Positions 1 through 12,703 of a stretch of DNA of 64,000 nucleotides are shown here, piece after piece. Source of the DNA: Hydrolagus affinis (taxonomy: Eukaryota); the NCBI GenBank assembly GCA_012026655.1, contig JAAILG010001267.1, forward strand, positions 1 through 64,000, read 5' to 3'. The position numbers were made by a program, and so were the translations under genes. Under the pieces are notes generated by a model. It saw only the letters and a program-made list of their open reading frames with translations. It was not told where the DNA came from and searched no databases. Within the stretch, counting starts at the first letter, position 1. Each line of letters begins with the position of its first letter.

Positions 1-112
1 CCCCCCCACCCCTTGCATACCTGTATATTGTATTCTAGGACTATGAATACAATATGGCGGCTTTGCACCTCGGTCTGTGCATTGTGTATAGAGATGAGCA
101 TTCTGGGGCTTG

Positions 113-256
113 TAGTTCAGTGTGCGCGCATTCCGATTTTTTACCTCGATATATCGATTTTGCGATATATCGATATTTTTGAAATGCCTATATCGGCGTA
201 TCGATATGAAAATTATATCGGGTTTTAGCGATGTATCGATATATCGCCGGACCCTA
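113..256. mobile_element. End of a non-autonomous hAT-like DNA transposon
   Basis: Clustered CGATAT/ATATCG subterminal repeats ending CGATATATCGCCGGACCCTA. The reverse complement, TAGGGTCCGGCGATATATCG, resembles fish hAT-N termini. The other end is not seen. Confidence 0.5.
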
Positions 257-457
257 CTATAAACTAAATTGACTGTATATTTGAGCGCAAATCACTGAAG
301 CTAATTGCGCACAGCAGTGTCCCACAAACAGTCGTGGATTGATTGACCAAATTCTTATTTTTCATTTTTTTAAAAAAAACATGGAACACTGAAGGTTAAT
401 AGTTGCTGAGAATTGAAACGAACTCACTGGCTATTCTGTCCCTTGTCCTTGTTTCAG

Positions 458-658
458 CGGATTGTCTGGATCCCTCATGTTCTGGTCATGGAGTGTGTGT
501 CCAGGGTGATTGTCACTGCAGCCCAGGTTGGGGGGGATTCACCTGCGAAATTCACAGACCTCAGTGTCCGGATCAGTGCACAGGTCACGGCACGTACATC
601 CCGGAAACCGGCCTGTGTCGCTGTGATCCAAACTGGATCGGTCCGGACTGCTCAGTCG
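458..658 (+). CDS. TENM2: TENM2 exon (EGF-like repeats; [13 protein letters not shown]...PDCSV)
   Basis: gtttcag| acceptor at 456-457; G|gtaagg donor at 659; 201 nt; EGF cysteine spacing. Confidence 0.93.
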
Positions 659-745
659 GTAAGGAAAAAATACACACATTATTTTGAATACATTACCTGT
701 CCACTACTTAATAACCGCAACATGTAGCATGGTTTCCTACATCAG

Positions 746-1125
746 GACATAAGAATTTGCTAGGTGAAAGAAGACCGAGATCCATCCAATTCACCTTCCA
801 CCATCCTGGCAGTCTCATGTCACGTCCGAAACTGTATAATCTATCTCGAGGTATTTTTTCTAACAGAAATCCATCCAATTTACTCTTCAAACAATCCACA
901 CTTTCTGCTACCACCATTTCCAATTCATTTGCTACTCCGCGCTCACTGAAGAAGTGTTTCCGCAGATTTGTTCTGAATTCACCTCCTTCAACCTCAGGCC
1001 GTGCCCTCTGGTTCTGCTGTTCTGTACAAGATATAACAGCTTATCCTGGTCTGCATTGTCTAGTCCCTTTAGAATCTTAAAGACTGTAATCATATCGTTT
1101 CTTATCTCTTTCGTCTGCAAGTTAG
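746..1125 (-). mobile_element. CR1-clade LINE 3' fragment
   Basis: Minus-strand peptides RNDMITVFKILKGLD...SRTRGHGLRL and VVAESVDCLKSKLDGFL are typical of the CR1 ORF2 C-terminus; frameshifted. Confidence 0.8.
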
Positions 1126-1194
1126 GGCTCAGTTCACATTTAAAACATTTTATTTGGGAGGATTAATTGAACAGTTGTGGTCTGTCAATCTTTG

Positions 1195-1567
1195 CCATTA
1201 AATGTCAGCTGGCAGGTTTGAGCATTGCATGGGTTAAATGCTGAATGAAGCTGCCTGTACAACCTGCCTTCAGCCCTCAGTGATATATCCCTCTCCTTCC
1301 ACCAGCGTGACATTTCCATTTCCTGCACCTTGTGATGTCTGAGTGAGTCTGTCAAGACAGTGCCAATTAGTGCCAAATTATTGGGAATTTTGTGCTGCGG
1401 ACACAGACACACTGCATACAGAATGTATTGAGTCGGCCTCCAAACTCAATTGACACAGGACCCTTACAGGCAACAGAGAGAGTGAAAGTTTCATCCTATT
1501 AGTTTAAGCGAGTGTCAAATCTTGATCGCGTGGGCGAAAGGCCAGTGTTCCAATTGACTAAGCCACT
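1195..1567 (-). mobile_element. Old tRNA-derived SINE resembling LF-SINE
   Basis: Minus strand has a tRNA-like head (TGGCTTAGTC...GCCTTTCGCC), then GTGTCCGCAGCACAAAA and TTGGCACTAATTGGCAC, matching the recalled LF-SINE body. Confidence 0.55.
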
Positions 1568-1844
1568 TCGTCCTCCTCCTCTTGACTGCTTCTAATGGTA
1601 ATGAACAATTGATCGGAGCAAAATTGGAGACAGAGCCAGCGATTTAAAGAATGTCGGCATCAGAAAGCATTTCGCAATCAAAGCGCCAAAAAGGAAAAAG
1701 ATGAAAGTCTTTCCGAGCCCCTTTCCTCTGCCAAGCCCTTCGCTCAGCTGGCAGATGCTGGGTGATAAGAGCATTACAGTGATCTGGGTGTCCCAGGGAG
1801 GAGGAAATGACACAGGAGGATGTCTAACCCCCGACGGCTCTCCA

Positions 1845-2010
1845 GTGATTGTTGCAACTGAGTGTCGACAAGACGGAAGCCATACTCCTTGGCTCCCATC
1901 AATGTCTTCTCTCCTGTGGCTCTGACCTTCTCAATCTCCCCAGCCTTTCCCTAAGGCTTACCGAACCTGTACGTAACTTGGGCGTCAGGTTCAAGCACCA
2001 GCTTTTCCCC
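1845..2010 (+). mobile_element. L2 LINE ORF2 fragment
   Basis: Peptide LQLSVDKTEAILLGS...PVRNLGVRF is homologous to the L2 piece at 61.4-61.6 kb. Confidence 0.7.
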
Positions 2011-2567
2011 GGCTCTGCCACGGTTAAGCTCTCCGGGACACTGCCCTGTGGGATGGCCAAACAACAAATCCATATTGTTATTGTTGTAGCAAGTATACAT
2101 GTGTAGGCATTGAATGAAGATGGAATGAGGCTTTAATGCTGTGATCAGATTATCTGCTGGTACCTACAAATGAAGAAGAAATATTAGAAGGTGGAGAGTG
2201 ATTGAGGACCTGTAATGTGAACATTAGCCTCCACTGAATAGATGGGAATTGGGTGGAAGGGATGAATTCCATGGGCCTCTTTCTCTCTCCCTCTCTCTCG
2301 CTTATTGTATGGGTCAGAGTAAATCAAACTAATTCCCAATCTGTCTGGTAATATAAAAATCCCAGAACCATCAGTGTATCACAGTCCAAATCTAACTTTG
2401 TCATTTAAAAACAAAACAGACATATATTTGCATTTAACAGCCAAATAAAATCCACCAGTAAATTTCACTCAAAGATATCAGCATTTTTTCAGAGGGTAAA
2501 TCAATTTTGTGTAATAAAAAAACTTGTTAAGCATTTTTGCGTTTTGTTCTGTTTAGATTGAATTCAT

Positions 2568-2603
2568 GAATGAATGAATGAATGAATGAATGAATGAATG
2601 AAT
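2568..2603. repeat. (GAAT)n microsatellite
   Basis: Direct reading. Confidence 0.95.
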
Positions 2604-3206
2604 GGATGATTCATTGGTGATTCAAAATGATTCATTCATTCATCCATTCATTTATTCAGGCAGTCAGTCATTCAGTCAGTGTGCCTGGGGTCCATGGCAT
2701 TGCTGTGTAAATTGGCCATTTATAGCTGCGCTTTATGGAAATCCAAATGGGAGCAGAATCCTGGTCAGAACAAACATACTCTTGGAAAACTAGTTATGTC
2801 TCTAAACTGAATTGTTCAATATAGTTGAACGCTGGCAATTGGCATTCAAAGAGAGTGCGTCAATATTTCAGATTGAATCTAGATTTAACAGTGTATGTAT
2901 ATATAAAGTTACCATTCAAGTCCCATATGCTTTCCACCTTTCTGTCTTCCTTGGTTGACCCGAAGGCAAAAGTTTCTCCATATTCAACTAACCACAAGTG
3001 AAAGCATCTTGTTATCCAGCCAGAAAGCTCAATAATTAAGGGGGCGTGTAGTGCGGTTACCCTATACCAGTGCTTGAAGGATTTTCTTTGTAAGTGTTTT
3101 GAAGCCTGATAAAAAAAAACTCAGCTTCCAATATCGCACATGGCTGAGACTGTATAATGGACTGTCTCGTTGTCATGTCAGTTGAAATTCCATTTCCTAT
3201 CTTCAG

Positions 3207-3392
3207 AAGTCTGCTCTGTGGACTGTGGCACCCACGGAGTCTGCATATCTGGTGTATGTCGATGTGAGGAAGGCTGGACAGGTGTGGCGTGCGATCAGAG
3301 GGTTTGTCACCCTCGCTGCGCTGAGCACGGAACCTGCAAGGATGGAAAATGCGAATGCAAGGAAGGCTGGAATGGGGAGCACTGTACCATTG
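3207..3392 (+). CDS. TENM2: TENM2 exon (EGF-like repeats; [13 protein letters not shown]...GEHCTI)
   Basis: cttcag| acceptor; G|gtaagg donor; 186 nt, phase 1-1. Confidence 0.94.
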
Positions 3393-3659
3393 GTAAGGAA
3401 CAAGGCCATTGCTTAGTTTCATCTTAATTCAAATACGCCATTATCTAATAGATAGATAAATGCATTTAAATGTCATTAGATTGCACTGTGGACGTCCTCT
3501 CATAGTGAGATTGCAGAGGAATCAGAGGAAAGCAGCAGAAAGTGGCCTCCCCTTCAGACACAGTTACAAAGTTGAGCAGACAGGTCAGCCCAAAGCATGC
3601 TCGGATGTCCCTCTTTGGAGTGCTTTAGCTCATTGGTGAGATCACCCGCCTCACAATCG

Positions 3660-3960
3660 AAGGGGGTTCGATTTAAGGCAGGGCAAATCGTTGGGCAAGA
3701 TTTCCTTACTCCACACTCCTCTGATTGCCGAGCAATAACTAGCAACACGGTTTCAAGGGGGCAATAATTCCTTCAAAAAAGAATAATATTAATAATTTGG
3801 TCACTCAATTCATGATTGTTTGTGGGACACTGCTGTGCACATTTGGCTGCCACGTTTCATCCAAAAAAGTACAAGCAATTCACTTTACAGTATATTCAAA
3901 GAAGTGCTTTGAGAAGTCTTGACATGATAAGGCACTATATTAAATGCAAACATTATTATT
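3660..3960 (+). mobile_element. tRNA-derived SINE (main family), 5'-degraded
   Basis: GGTTCGA B-box, TGTGGGACACTGCTGTGC body and ATT-repeat tail. Confidence 0.8.
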
Positions 3961-6205
3961 GTTTTTATTATTTGTGAACTATTTACTGTGCAGTGAGGTC
4001 AGCGCCCTATTCTTGGCTGGAGGAATATATATATAATGCAAGGCTTAGACGTAATTAATTAAACAGCATTTCACAGGAGTTTTTTTTGGGGGGTAGGTTG
4101 ACAGATGATTGACACATGCAGAAACCCACTATAATGTGTGATGACTGTGTATTTTTATATGTGATCGTGGCAGCCAATTTATGCATAGCAACATTCCACA
4201 ATGTTTAAGGGTTTGTCCTCCCGACGTAAAAGGTGCTTTACAAATGTAGTTAAATAATAATAATAACAAATGTAGTTGTGTTGCTGTCATTGTTTGCCTT
4301 CTCTTTATGAATAGCGCTATTTAGATATGTAACTTCTATCTGAACAATACAATGGAACCTCAGGTTAACGTCTCACCCAAAGACCAGTGCCTCCGCCAAT
4401 GCAGAGCTGTCTGAGCACTGTTTTGGGGTGTCAGCCCAGACAATGTGAGAGATGGTGCTCGGGAACAGGACACCCGATACCACCACAGAAAGCTGGCTCA
4501 TTCCGACATTCTCTCTGCCCGGCACGTCACCTTGGAGCCGGTTCAGCTCCAACAACTCCCCGTTTACCTCCCCGCAAGGAGGATTTTTACTCTATGACTG
4601 TCCAGATAGGCAGCAGAATCCTTTCCAATCCCACGCAGTGCTTTGTCACAGGCCTGCATGCGTATGCGGGATTCTGCTTTCACTTAACTCTTGGCCCCTG
4701 TTTCGAAATCCTGACTAGTGCTGCTTGGAGGGAGATCAGCAATTTGTGATGAAAAATATTAACCTTGCATATCAAAACACGAGAAACAATCAAGGCTTTG
4801 ACATTGTACGCTCTATGCACCCTCAAAAAAAAAAACCACAAGCTGCAGTTAAATGGAATATGACTGAGAGCTGGTATACACCATCAACCACACTGTATAG
4901 CCAGCTAACAAAGTCAATTTGTCCTTCACTGCAGGAGGGTTTTTTTTTCAGAACGAAGCAGAACCATTCTAGTGAGAGTGAAATGTAAAGCAGAAGTAAA
5001 GTGGTTCGAGGGCACGAGACTGTGTCCTGGGGAGGGGGCACCAGTTTCTTCCTGCCACTCTCCACAGCGATAGGATCCTCAACACAGCCGTTCCATAACA
5101 GGAGAGGCAGTGAGGAGCCAAATGCACTCACTCACAGGGAGGGGAAATAGCAGGCCAGGTCATCTCAAGTCACACTGGTGCATCTGCAAGCAGGGCATTT
5201 CCAGAACAGAGCTGGGAAAAGGCAAACAGAAATACATCGAGTGTAAAGGGGTGGCATTGCGGGAGAACTTGATCGGAGAAAGACAGTAAATGTCATGGCT
5301 TTTATTCTACTGTAATGTTAATAATAATAGATTTTGCATTTGATATAGCACCTTATGTCGTTGAGACGCCTCAAACACTTCACAGAATATATTGTAAAGT
5401 GTAGTGATTGTGTGTTTTGTTGGCGAATCGCTGCAGCCAATTGTGCACAGCAGTGTCCCACAAACAGTCGTGGATTGAGTGACCAAATTATTATTATTTT
5501 AAGGGATTATTACACCAGGAAAGCGATCCATCAATCATTCAGGTTGATTCTCAGTGAGGTTTAGGATGGAGCAATGGAAACATTCAAGTTACAATTACTT
5601 ATATCTACATAATAATTTATATCTAATCACAATCTATAATTTATATCATATTTAGTGTTGCGCTTTACATTGTTAACATTTCTCAAAGCATGTCACAGGA
5701 TTTACTGTAAAGTGTAGTGACTGAGTATTTCAATTGGAATGCGAATGGGATGGACACAAGTATAAGAGCAACATGCCAGAATATGTCAGCAGTGTGATTC
5801 AAGTTTAATCCTCATTCTCATCTGGATTGGTTGACTAGATGCTAGACACTGCTAAATATGTATTGCAAAGACCTGGTTAAGTTTGATATCTTTCTGACAG
5901 CCGTCATTTTGGACTGTAAAATTTTGCTGTCTTGAAGGATAAAAGTCAGCATGTAGATCGGTCTTATCAAAAGCTGAGTCTCTCTGGAGTTGAACTTTAA
6001 TTGGCTTTTTCTTTCTCTCTCTCTCTCTCTCTCTCGTATACAACAGTCAGAGAGATAGTTTAGATTCTGTAAGGAGCCAAATGTAACTCTGTTTCACATA
6101 AGATCTCATTGCATTGTCTTTCATTGTAGAGATATGGTGCTTTTGCTTTTTCCCTTTTTTGATTCATTGCTTTTTTTTTGATCATTTCTATTTACCAAAA
6201 AAAAG

Positions 6206-6220
6206 ATTTCAGGATAAAAG
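6206..6220 (+). CDS. TENM2: Candidate 15-nt alternative microexon between EGF7 and EGF8 (adds DFRIK)
   Basis: Long T-rich tract with TGC motifs, then aaaag|ATTTCAGGATAAAAG|gtaagg. Frame-preserving at phase 1, no stop, at the known teneurin EGF splice site. Confidence 0.5.
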
Positions 6221-7509
6221 GTAAGGTTTGAAGCTGGAATAGTAGATGAATTAGGCATTAATAGTTGTGTTTGTGCTTCTGTGTGTAGCAGAATCTGTCA
6301 CCCTGTTTATCTATTTATGTGGTTGCTGTCTATGGTGCTGAATTACCTTTGGTGTGTGACATGGCCTGATCTCAGTGGTTTCAAAATCTAATTAGCGCAA
6401 CCATAAATTGGTCATGCACTTCATGCCCAGTCGTGGGACATTGCTGTGCGCAAATTGGCTGCAGTGTTTGCCTTCACATACACAGTCCCTTCACTTCACA
6501 GCAATTACCTGCAAAGTGCCTTTGAGACATTTCAACATTATAGTCATCCCAACACTCCTATTCCATAGTGTACCTCACAGCTGTGTTTTTTAAAATCAGT
6601 CCAAATCATTTATATGTATATGTGTATACATATATATTTAGATATCAACCATATGTGTTGCAAAGTTAGTGTCATCAAGCAATTTGTTAAAAATAACTTC
6701 CATGAAATTGATGGGATAAAAAATGCAACACTTCAAAAAAATGATTCAATGTGATAATTAGGAAATTGTCACTGATACTGTACTTAAATGTAGTACCCTA
6801 TGCTTGTAAGTAATACTTTGGGTTTAAATAGCAATAATTGCCAGAGAATTTGTTTAAAAGTAACAACTGAACACCCATGGTGGAAAGAGAGCATTATTAA
6901 TATGAGGAGATGTACAAACATAAGGTCCAGAGTAATCTTCTCAGTTTCAATTGTGTTCCATCTGAATTTCACCCCCACTGGATGCCATGCCCTCTCCACT
7001 GACAGCTCTCCCAACTCTCAAGTCATCCTGCCTTCTTCCTTGACAGTTCTGTCCCCACATAGTGCCCTCTGAGTTTAGGGCACTCCCACAGCTATGCTGT
7101 CCTGTTTGTTGACAGTTCTGTTCCCCCATGCCCTGCCCTCTCAGCTGACAGGCTGTGGTTTGTCCTCTCAACTCAGAGCAAGCTGGCAAGCAGAATTTTC
7201 CAACCTGTCCTCAAATAAACAAAGATGTGATTCACTACTAATTGGACTCAATTGCCAATTTCACTCTGAAGGACCAGAGGTTGGCTGGCAAGGAATTGCT
7301 AAATGTTACGTCGGCTTGATAGGAATAGAGAAAATAGTTTATATATATATAATATATATTTTAAAAAACTAATTGCAAGAAAAATAACTGGCTAGAGGTA
7401 AAAGGTAGATCTTTATGCAAAACAATATCTTCCCAAATCTCCATGTGAAGATTGCTTAAAAAGGTCTAAAAGTGATCTTAGCAAAAACAACAGTGAGACA
7501 CAGCTCCTA

Positions 7510-7819
7510 GGGAGAAATATTGTCTGGGTTGAGATGAACTCTATTAATACAGCATTTGAGGGCAACCAGCATTTGGCGAATTCTTATATACAGCCTTAAC
7601 TTTCAAACCAGTTTCCTGTGAGTTTAATAAACACTATAGGAAATCGGATTTACAAGTTAGTACTGAATTTATCACTTGCCAACTCTCTGAAATAAAAATA
7701 ATTGCTGAATTTGATATTAACACCTTTCATGTCGGGAGGATGCCTCAAAGCATTTCACAGGATTTGTATGTGAATGTGACCTAAATAGAGTTAATCTAGT
7801 CCCTGGTGGAATTTCCCCC
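7510..7819. mobile_element. MITE copy (degenerate inverted termini)
   Basis: GGGAGAAATATT... left end and ...GGTGGAATTTCCCCC right end; similar to 52888-53125. Confidence 0.5.
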
Positions 7820-8764
7820 ACATACTTTGGGCCTTAGCCTCCTTGGATAAGGAGAGAAATTCAGGATGCCTTCTCATTAGAATCAAAGAATCCTACAGCA
7901 CAGAAGAAAGTCATTTGGCCCATTGTGCCTGAGCCGGCTCTTTGAAACAGTCACTCCCAAGCTCCTTACCCATTTATTTTCAAGTATATATCTAATTCCT
8001 CTATGAAAGTTAGAATTGAATCTGCTTCCACCATCCTTTCAATCTGATCATAGCAACTCGTTGCATAAAAAAAGCGTGAGCACCCAGATACTGAGTGCGG
8101 ATAAAGGATAGGCTGCAATGCCCCTGGCTGTCAAATAAACCAGTGATATTCATTGCCCAGACTCACACAGACAGATCACGACCATTTGAGTGAAGTGACT
8201 AGGTGGTGTCCGTGAAAGTATATGCACAGTATGTATCATTGCAATCAGCAGGTAGTGCGTTGAAGAATGGGAGGAAAATGCGTCAGCAAGCGTGAATGTT
8301 GTGTAAATCCAGCAGCAACAGAGATTTTTTTCTAATTACTCCTACATAAGCTGACGCATAAAGGTTGAAAAGTTCTATATAATTTTCCCATTTGGTTCGC
8401 AAACCAGCCTTTAAGTTTTCGAAAATTGGTTTGGCTGTTCCATTGCTCACTTTAATATGGATTACTTTATGGTCAAAAGGCATTACATTGGAGATTTACT
8501 TTAATAAGTACTGAAGTCATGCTTTATCCTTTTTTAGCATCAAATCATTGAATAGCTTTAGCAACTAAAGGTTAGATTCATACAGTGCTAACTGGCAAAC
8601 ACAAATCAATCCTTCATATAGATTTTGCTGCCTTGATGTGTTATCAGGCTTCTGATGTATTAAGGAGTGCAAATAGGTACTTTGGCGTTTCTGACTGAAT
8701 TACCAATTGTAACATGTTTTTTTTCCCTTTCTCTCCACCAACCCCCGATTCTTCGTTGAAATAA

Positions 8765-8974
<210 letters not shown>

Positions 8975-9351
8975 TAATTCTTCCCTGGGATCCCTCAGTG
9001 TATTGGATTGTCTCGGAGACAAAAATATACAGAATATAAAAATGTTAAACATGTAGTTTGGTCGGTCCATTGAGCCACCGCGCTTAGATTAGCAGTTTTA
9101 GTCTAACCAGTAGCCCACACGACACGACCTTGGTACATGGACAGAAGCAGCAATGTGTCAATTGGATCATGATTATGTTCATGCCAAGTTACCAATCGTG
9201 GATGTGCCATTGTGGGGAGGTGCTAGAAAGGGCAGTTGGGACCCAGACCTCTTGAGTTGATTTAAGGAGCAGCTTGACACAATTGACAAATCTAGTGCAT
9301 CAACAGGGCTTCCTGCACACAACTACCTGATCACCCAGAAGGCAGCCATTT

Positions 9352-9660
9352 TGTGGAGTCCTGTAGCTCAGTGGTTAGAGCTGATTTTTTCAGATGCTGA
9401 CCTTAAGCGAGAGACCTGGGTTCAAATCCAGGCACGGTGGAAGCTTGGGCAAGTTTCCTTACTCCACACGCCTAATAATAATCCCTCAAAAAACAATAAT
9501 ACGTATAGCGGTTATTTAAACCCACAAATCTTTGTGGGACACTGCTGTGCATAAATGGCTGCCGCATTTCGGCCACATATATATATATACAGTCAATTCA
9601 CTTTGCAGAATATTGAGACATCTAGAAGATGTGAAAAGTGCTACATCAAATGCAAGGATT
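9352..9660 (+). mobile_element. tRNA-derived SINE, near full length
   Basis: TGTGGAGTCCTGTAGCTCAGTGGTTAGAGC head, GGTTCAAATCC B-box, family body and ATCAAATGCAAGGATT tail. Confidence 0.88.
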
Positions 9661-12427
9661 GATTCATTTTGGGAATTTCACTGATAGCATGTCCTCTGAG
9701 CTATCGGACCCAGTGGATTGTATTACAATGAAGTCCCTTGTATTGTTTGAAAAAATTTCCTGCTATTTTTTCAGATGCTGATCTTTTTGAATAAATCCTT
9801 ACCCATACTGTCTAGCAATCCTACATCCTACCTAACTCCTCCTCTGAAGACCCACTTATTTCCTTCTATTGACCATGAATTGTTGTTGTTGCCATTGAGT
9901 TATTTCCCAAACTACAGAGCTAATGCCACACACGGTCTCCCTTAGCCACCTCCTTCCTGAACCCCTGCCCCATTATTAATAATATTTATTAATGATAATC
10001 CCTCAAAAGAAAATTGGTCATTTCAATCCACGACTGTTTGTGGGGCAGTACTGTGGACAATTGGCTGGCATGTTTCGCCCACAAGTAGACAGTCAATTCA
10101 CTTTACAGTATACAGTATTCTGTGAAGTGCTTTGAGACGTCTAGAAGACGTGAAAAGCTCTATATCAAATGCAAGGATTATTATTATTCCCTCCTCCTCT
10201 CTCTCCTCCTTCCCTCCTCCCATCAGCCCCTCATCCAAATGCTTCATTATCCAGTTCCAGGTCACAGCACCTCCACAAGTATATAATTGAACAAGAATGA
10301 TATTCTCAGCTAGTTTCTGTGTCTTCTCTGTTAATCCCCTGGCCCGTGATTTAATCTTTTAATCCATTCCTTGACTTGCACGCACTTAAATGCAATTTCC
10401 ACCCTATTCCTTCAGGTCTAACATATTCTCTGATCATTTTCACCTGTAACCTCTCTCTGCTTTGCCTCGCATTCTGCCTTTCATCTGCAGGATTTGCTTT
10501 AAGAAACATATTTCTTAAAGGGATATAAACCCAGCGCTTCAGCTACTTTAACATAAGAATCTCAGCAACAGTTATCCCAATCCCTCAATCGGAGTCCTAT
10601 AGCGTAGTGGTTAGTGCATTCGCCTCACAAGCGAGAGGACCCGGGGTCAATACCCAGGCAGGAAGAACCCTGAGAGTGCTCCAAAGACAGCTATCTTTCA
10701 CCCCATGAAGAAGTTCCTAATCTTGTCAAGTGTGTGCAAGTGGAGTTAATAATACGGACAAGTGGTTTGAAGTTAGTGCATCTGTGTCTCTCATATCACA
10801 AGACAAATGGGGGTGGGGGGGCAGAGTATACATGAGTGGGAATACACATTCATCTGCTTCTCAAAAGGTGTCCAAAACTCCACATTTTAATGGGGGAATA
10901 AACTGGCAGACTTCTAATGTGAGAATATGAGCACTGTTCTTGATGAGAATCCAAATAGAAAAAATGCATTTAGGAGAAAACTTTATGTTTAATAATAATA
11001 TTGTATTCCTTGCATTCGATATAGTACCTTGTTATGCCTTCTCGATGTCTCAGAGTGCTTCGCAGAAAAGCACTGCATGTTTTGTGGGCAAAACGCGCAG
11101 CCAATTGCACACAGCAATGTCCCACAAACAGTCATGGTATTAAGTGACCAAATTAATATGCAAAGGAATAGAGGAGTGAATAGAAGAGGTGGCAGGGTCT
11201 CGGTCATGGATTAGTTGGGTTGGGTTGAAAGGTCTGTTTCGAAACTGTATCAATCTGTAATTGTAAGTAATTTGGAGGACAGCGTTCTGGCCCTTTAAGA
11301 ACCAGGGCACTGTTGCCGGAGTGAAATGAAACGCAAAAGTATGACATTAATTGGAAACCAACCAATCCAAAGCTAACAGAGATGAGCTGATTCTAATGTT
11401 ACGAGGGTAAATGCTGTGGCTGAAACATCGTGTCATTCCTGTTTTATGGGTTGTAAAGTGCGTTTGGGTTTGCTGAGGAGGCTGTCTGTGTCTGAAGAGG
11501 CTTATCACAGCACATTTTCAGTTTCCTGCTCCCTGAAGAGGCAGTTCTTCACAGTTTGATGAATGGTTGATTGTTCGCCAGATAAACGCAAGACTGGGGG
11601 AGTGGGGACGGGATGGCAGAGTAATCCATTGAAGATTGTTCTGCGTATCTGATGGAGCTTCGGCTGACATACAGATGCGCGTCACTGATTGACGACCTCT
11701 CTGGCAGAGGTTCAGGGCAACAGACTTGGCAGACGAGGAGTCCTCTTTGTGAAGTCCAGCCAAGTTTGGCCAGATATAAGAATCTAGAACAAAAATAACT
11801 GCAACACAAATCGTTTTACGATCAAATAGTATTGGTAAAATGTGTAATATCTGACCATTACTTTTGTGTTTGTCATGAAGAGCCTACAATGGGACTGTAC
11901 AGTGGTGTTTATTGCAGATCCAGTTTATTGCATGAATTGAACCAACAAGCGATGAAATTTATCGAGATGTCCCCTGAAAAGTTAGGCAGAAACACTGCCC
12001 CCCCACCCCCACCCCCACACCCCCCACCCCCCTCCCCCCACACCCCCCAAGCAATGTTTATTCCACAAAGATATCTCCTTCAGCACTCCAAGTAGCACAA
12101 GGCTTTATTGCAGCCTCTTAAAACTTCATTCTGCTTACTGTGTGAATAATTTTCAATACAGCTGAGGTGATGAATGTTATGAAGTGCAATATGAGAAACA
12201 CACAGAGTCCAAATGGATTTCTTAAAAGCGCTTTGATGAAATGCGATTGGGAATGGGGAGGGGTTCTGGGCCACTTTTGAAATCCAAAGTTACTTTTTAC
12301 ATTACAAAGTCCTGGAAAGAGTTTAGGAATCAGCAAGATCATCTTTTCTGAGATGGAAGCAGGAACCAGCAAAGCATAAATAGACACATAACCCAGTGAG
12401 GCTTAACAAATAGCATATGATCAGACC

Positions 12428-12615
12428 ACAACAACAAATTACATTTGCACACCACCTTTCACATCAGGTGGACATCCCAAAGCGCTGGACAGTCGAGGAT
12501 CCCGACCCGAGCTGGTGGTTGGGATCAGGAGAGATGGAGGGCGGAGAGGGGAGGGGTAAGAGGGTAACCGAAGGCGCAGATGAAGAGGATGGTCTTGAGA
12601 CGGGTCTTGGAGGAC
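12428..12615 (-). mobile_element. L2 LINE 3' end
   Basis: (CAA)n tail followed by CCTTTCACATCAGGTGGACATCCCAAAGCGCTG, as in the longer L2 at 60417-61640. Confidence 0.75.
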
Positions 12616-12703
12616 TTGTTTGGGAACAGATAGATCTATCTCATTGCACAGTGGACAACGATATATTGGCCAGATAAGATGCCGCATATTTCTGTAATTG
12701 CAG

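Noticed and set aside
3393-3427. 27-nt donor extension equivalent to the mammalian TENM2 GRQTAGTET insert
   Set aside because: Read-through gives [11 protein letters not shown], with no GT donor 27 nt downstream, so that isoform is not supported here.
6047-6068. Second possible microexon after the (CT)n tract (caacag|TCAG...ATTCT|gtaagg); one frame reads DSLDSVR, loosely like the TENM1 insert
   Set aside because: The best acceptors give in-frame TAG stops, and the DSLDSVR frame has no phase-compatible donor on its own; not supportable without RNA data.
10590-10665. tRNA-Val-like genes (also at 13245, 42287, 58641 and others)
   Set aside because: They are SINE heads: variable anticodon loop (TAC/CAC/TGC/CGC), poor acceptor stems, and most continue into the SINE body.
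11998-12048. C-rich tracts with G-quadruplex potential on the minus strand (also about 23420-23500 and 23877-23930)
   Set aside because: Low-complexity intronic runs common in this genome; nothing else supports a function.
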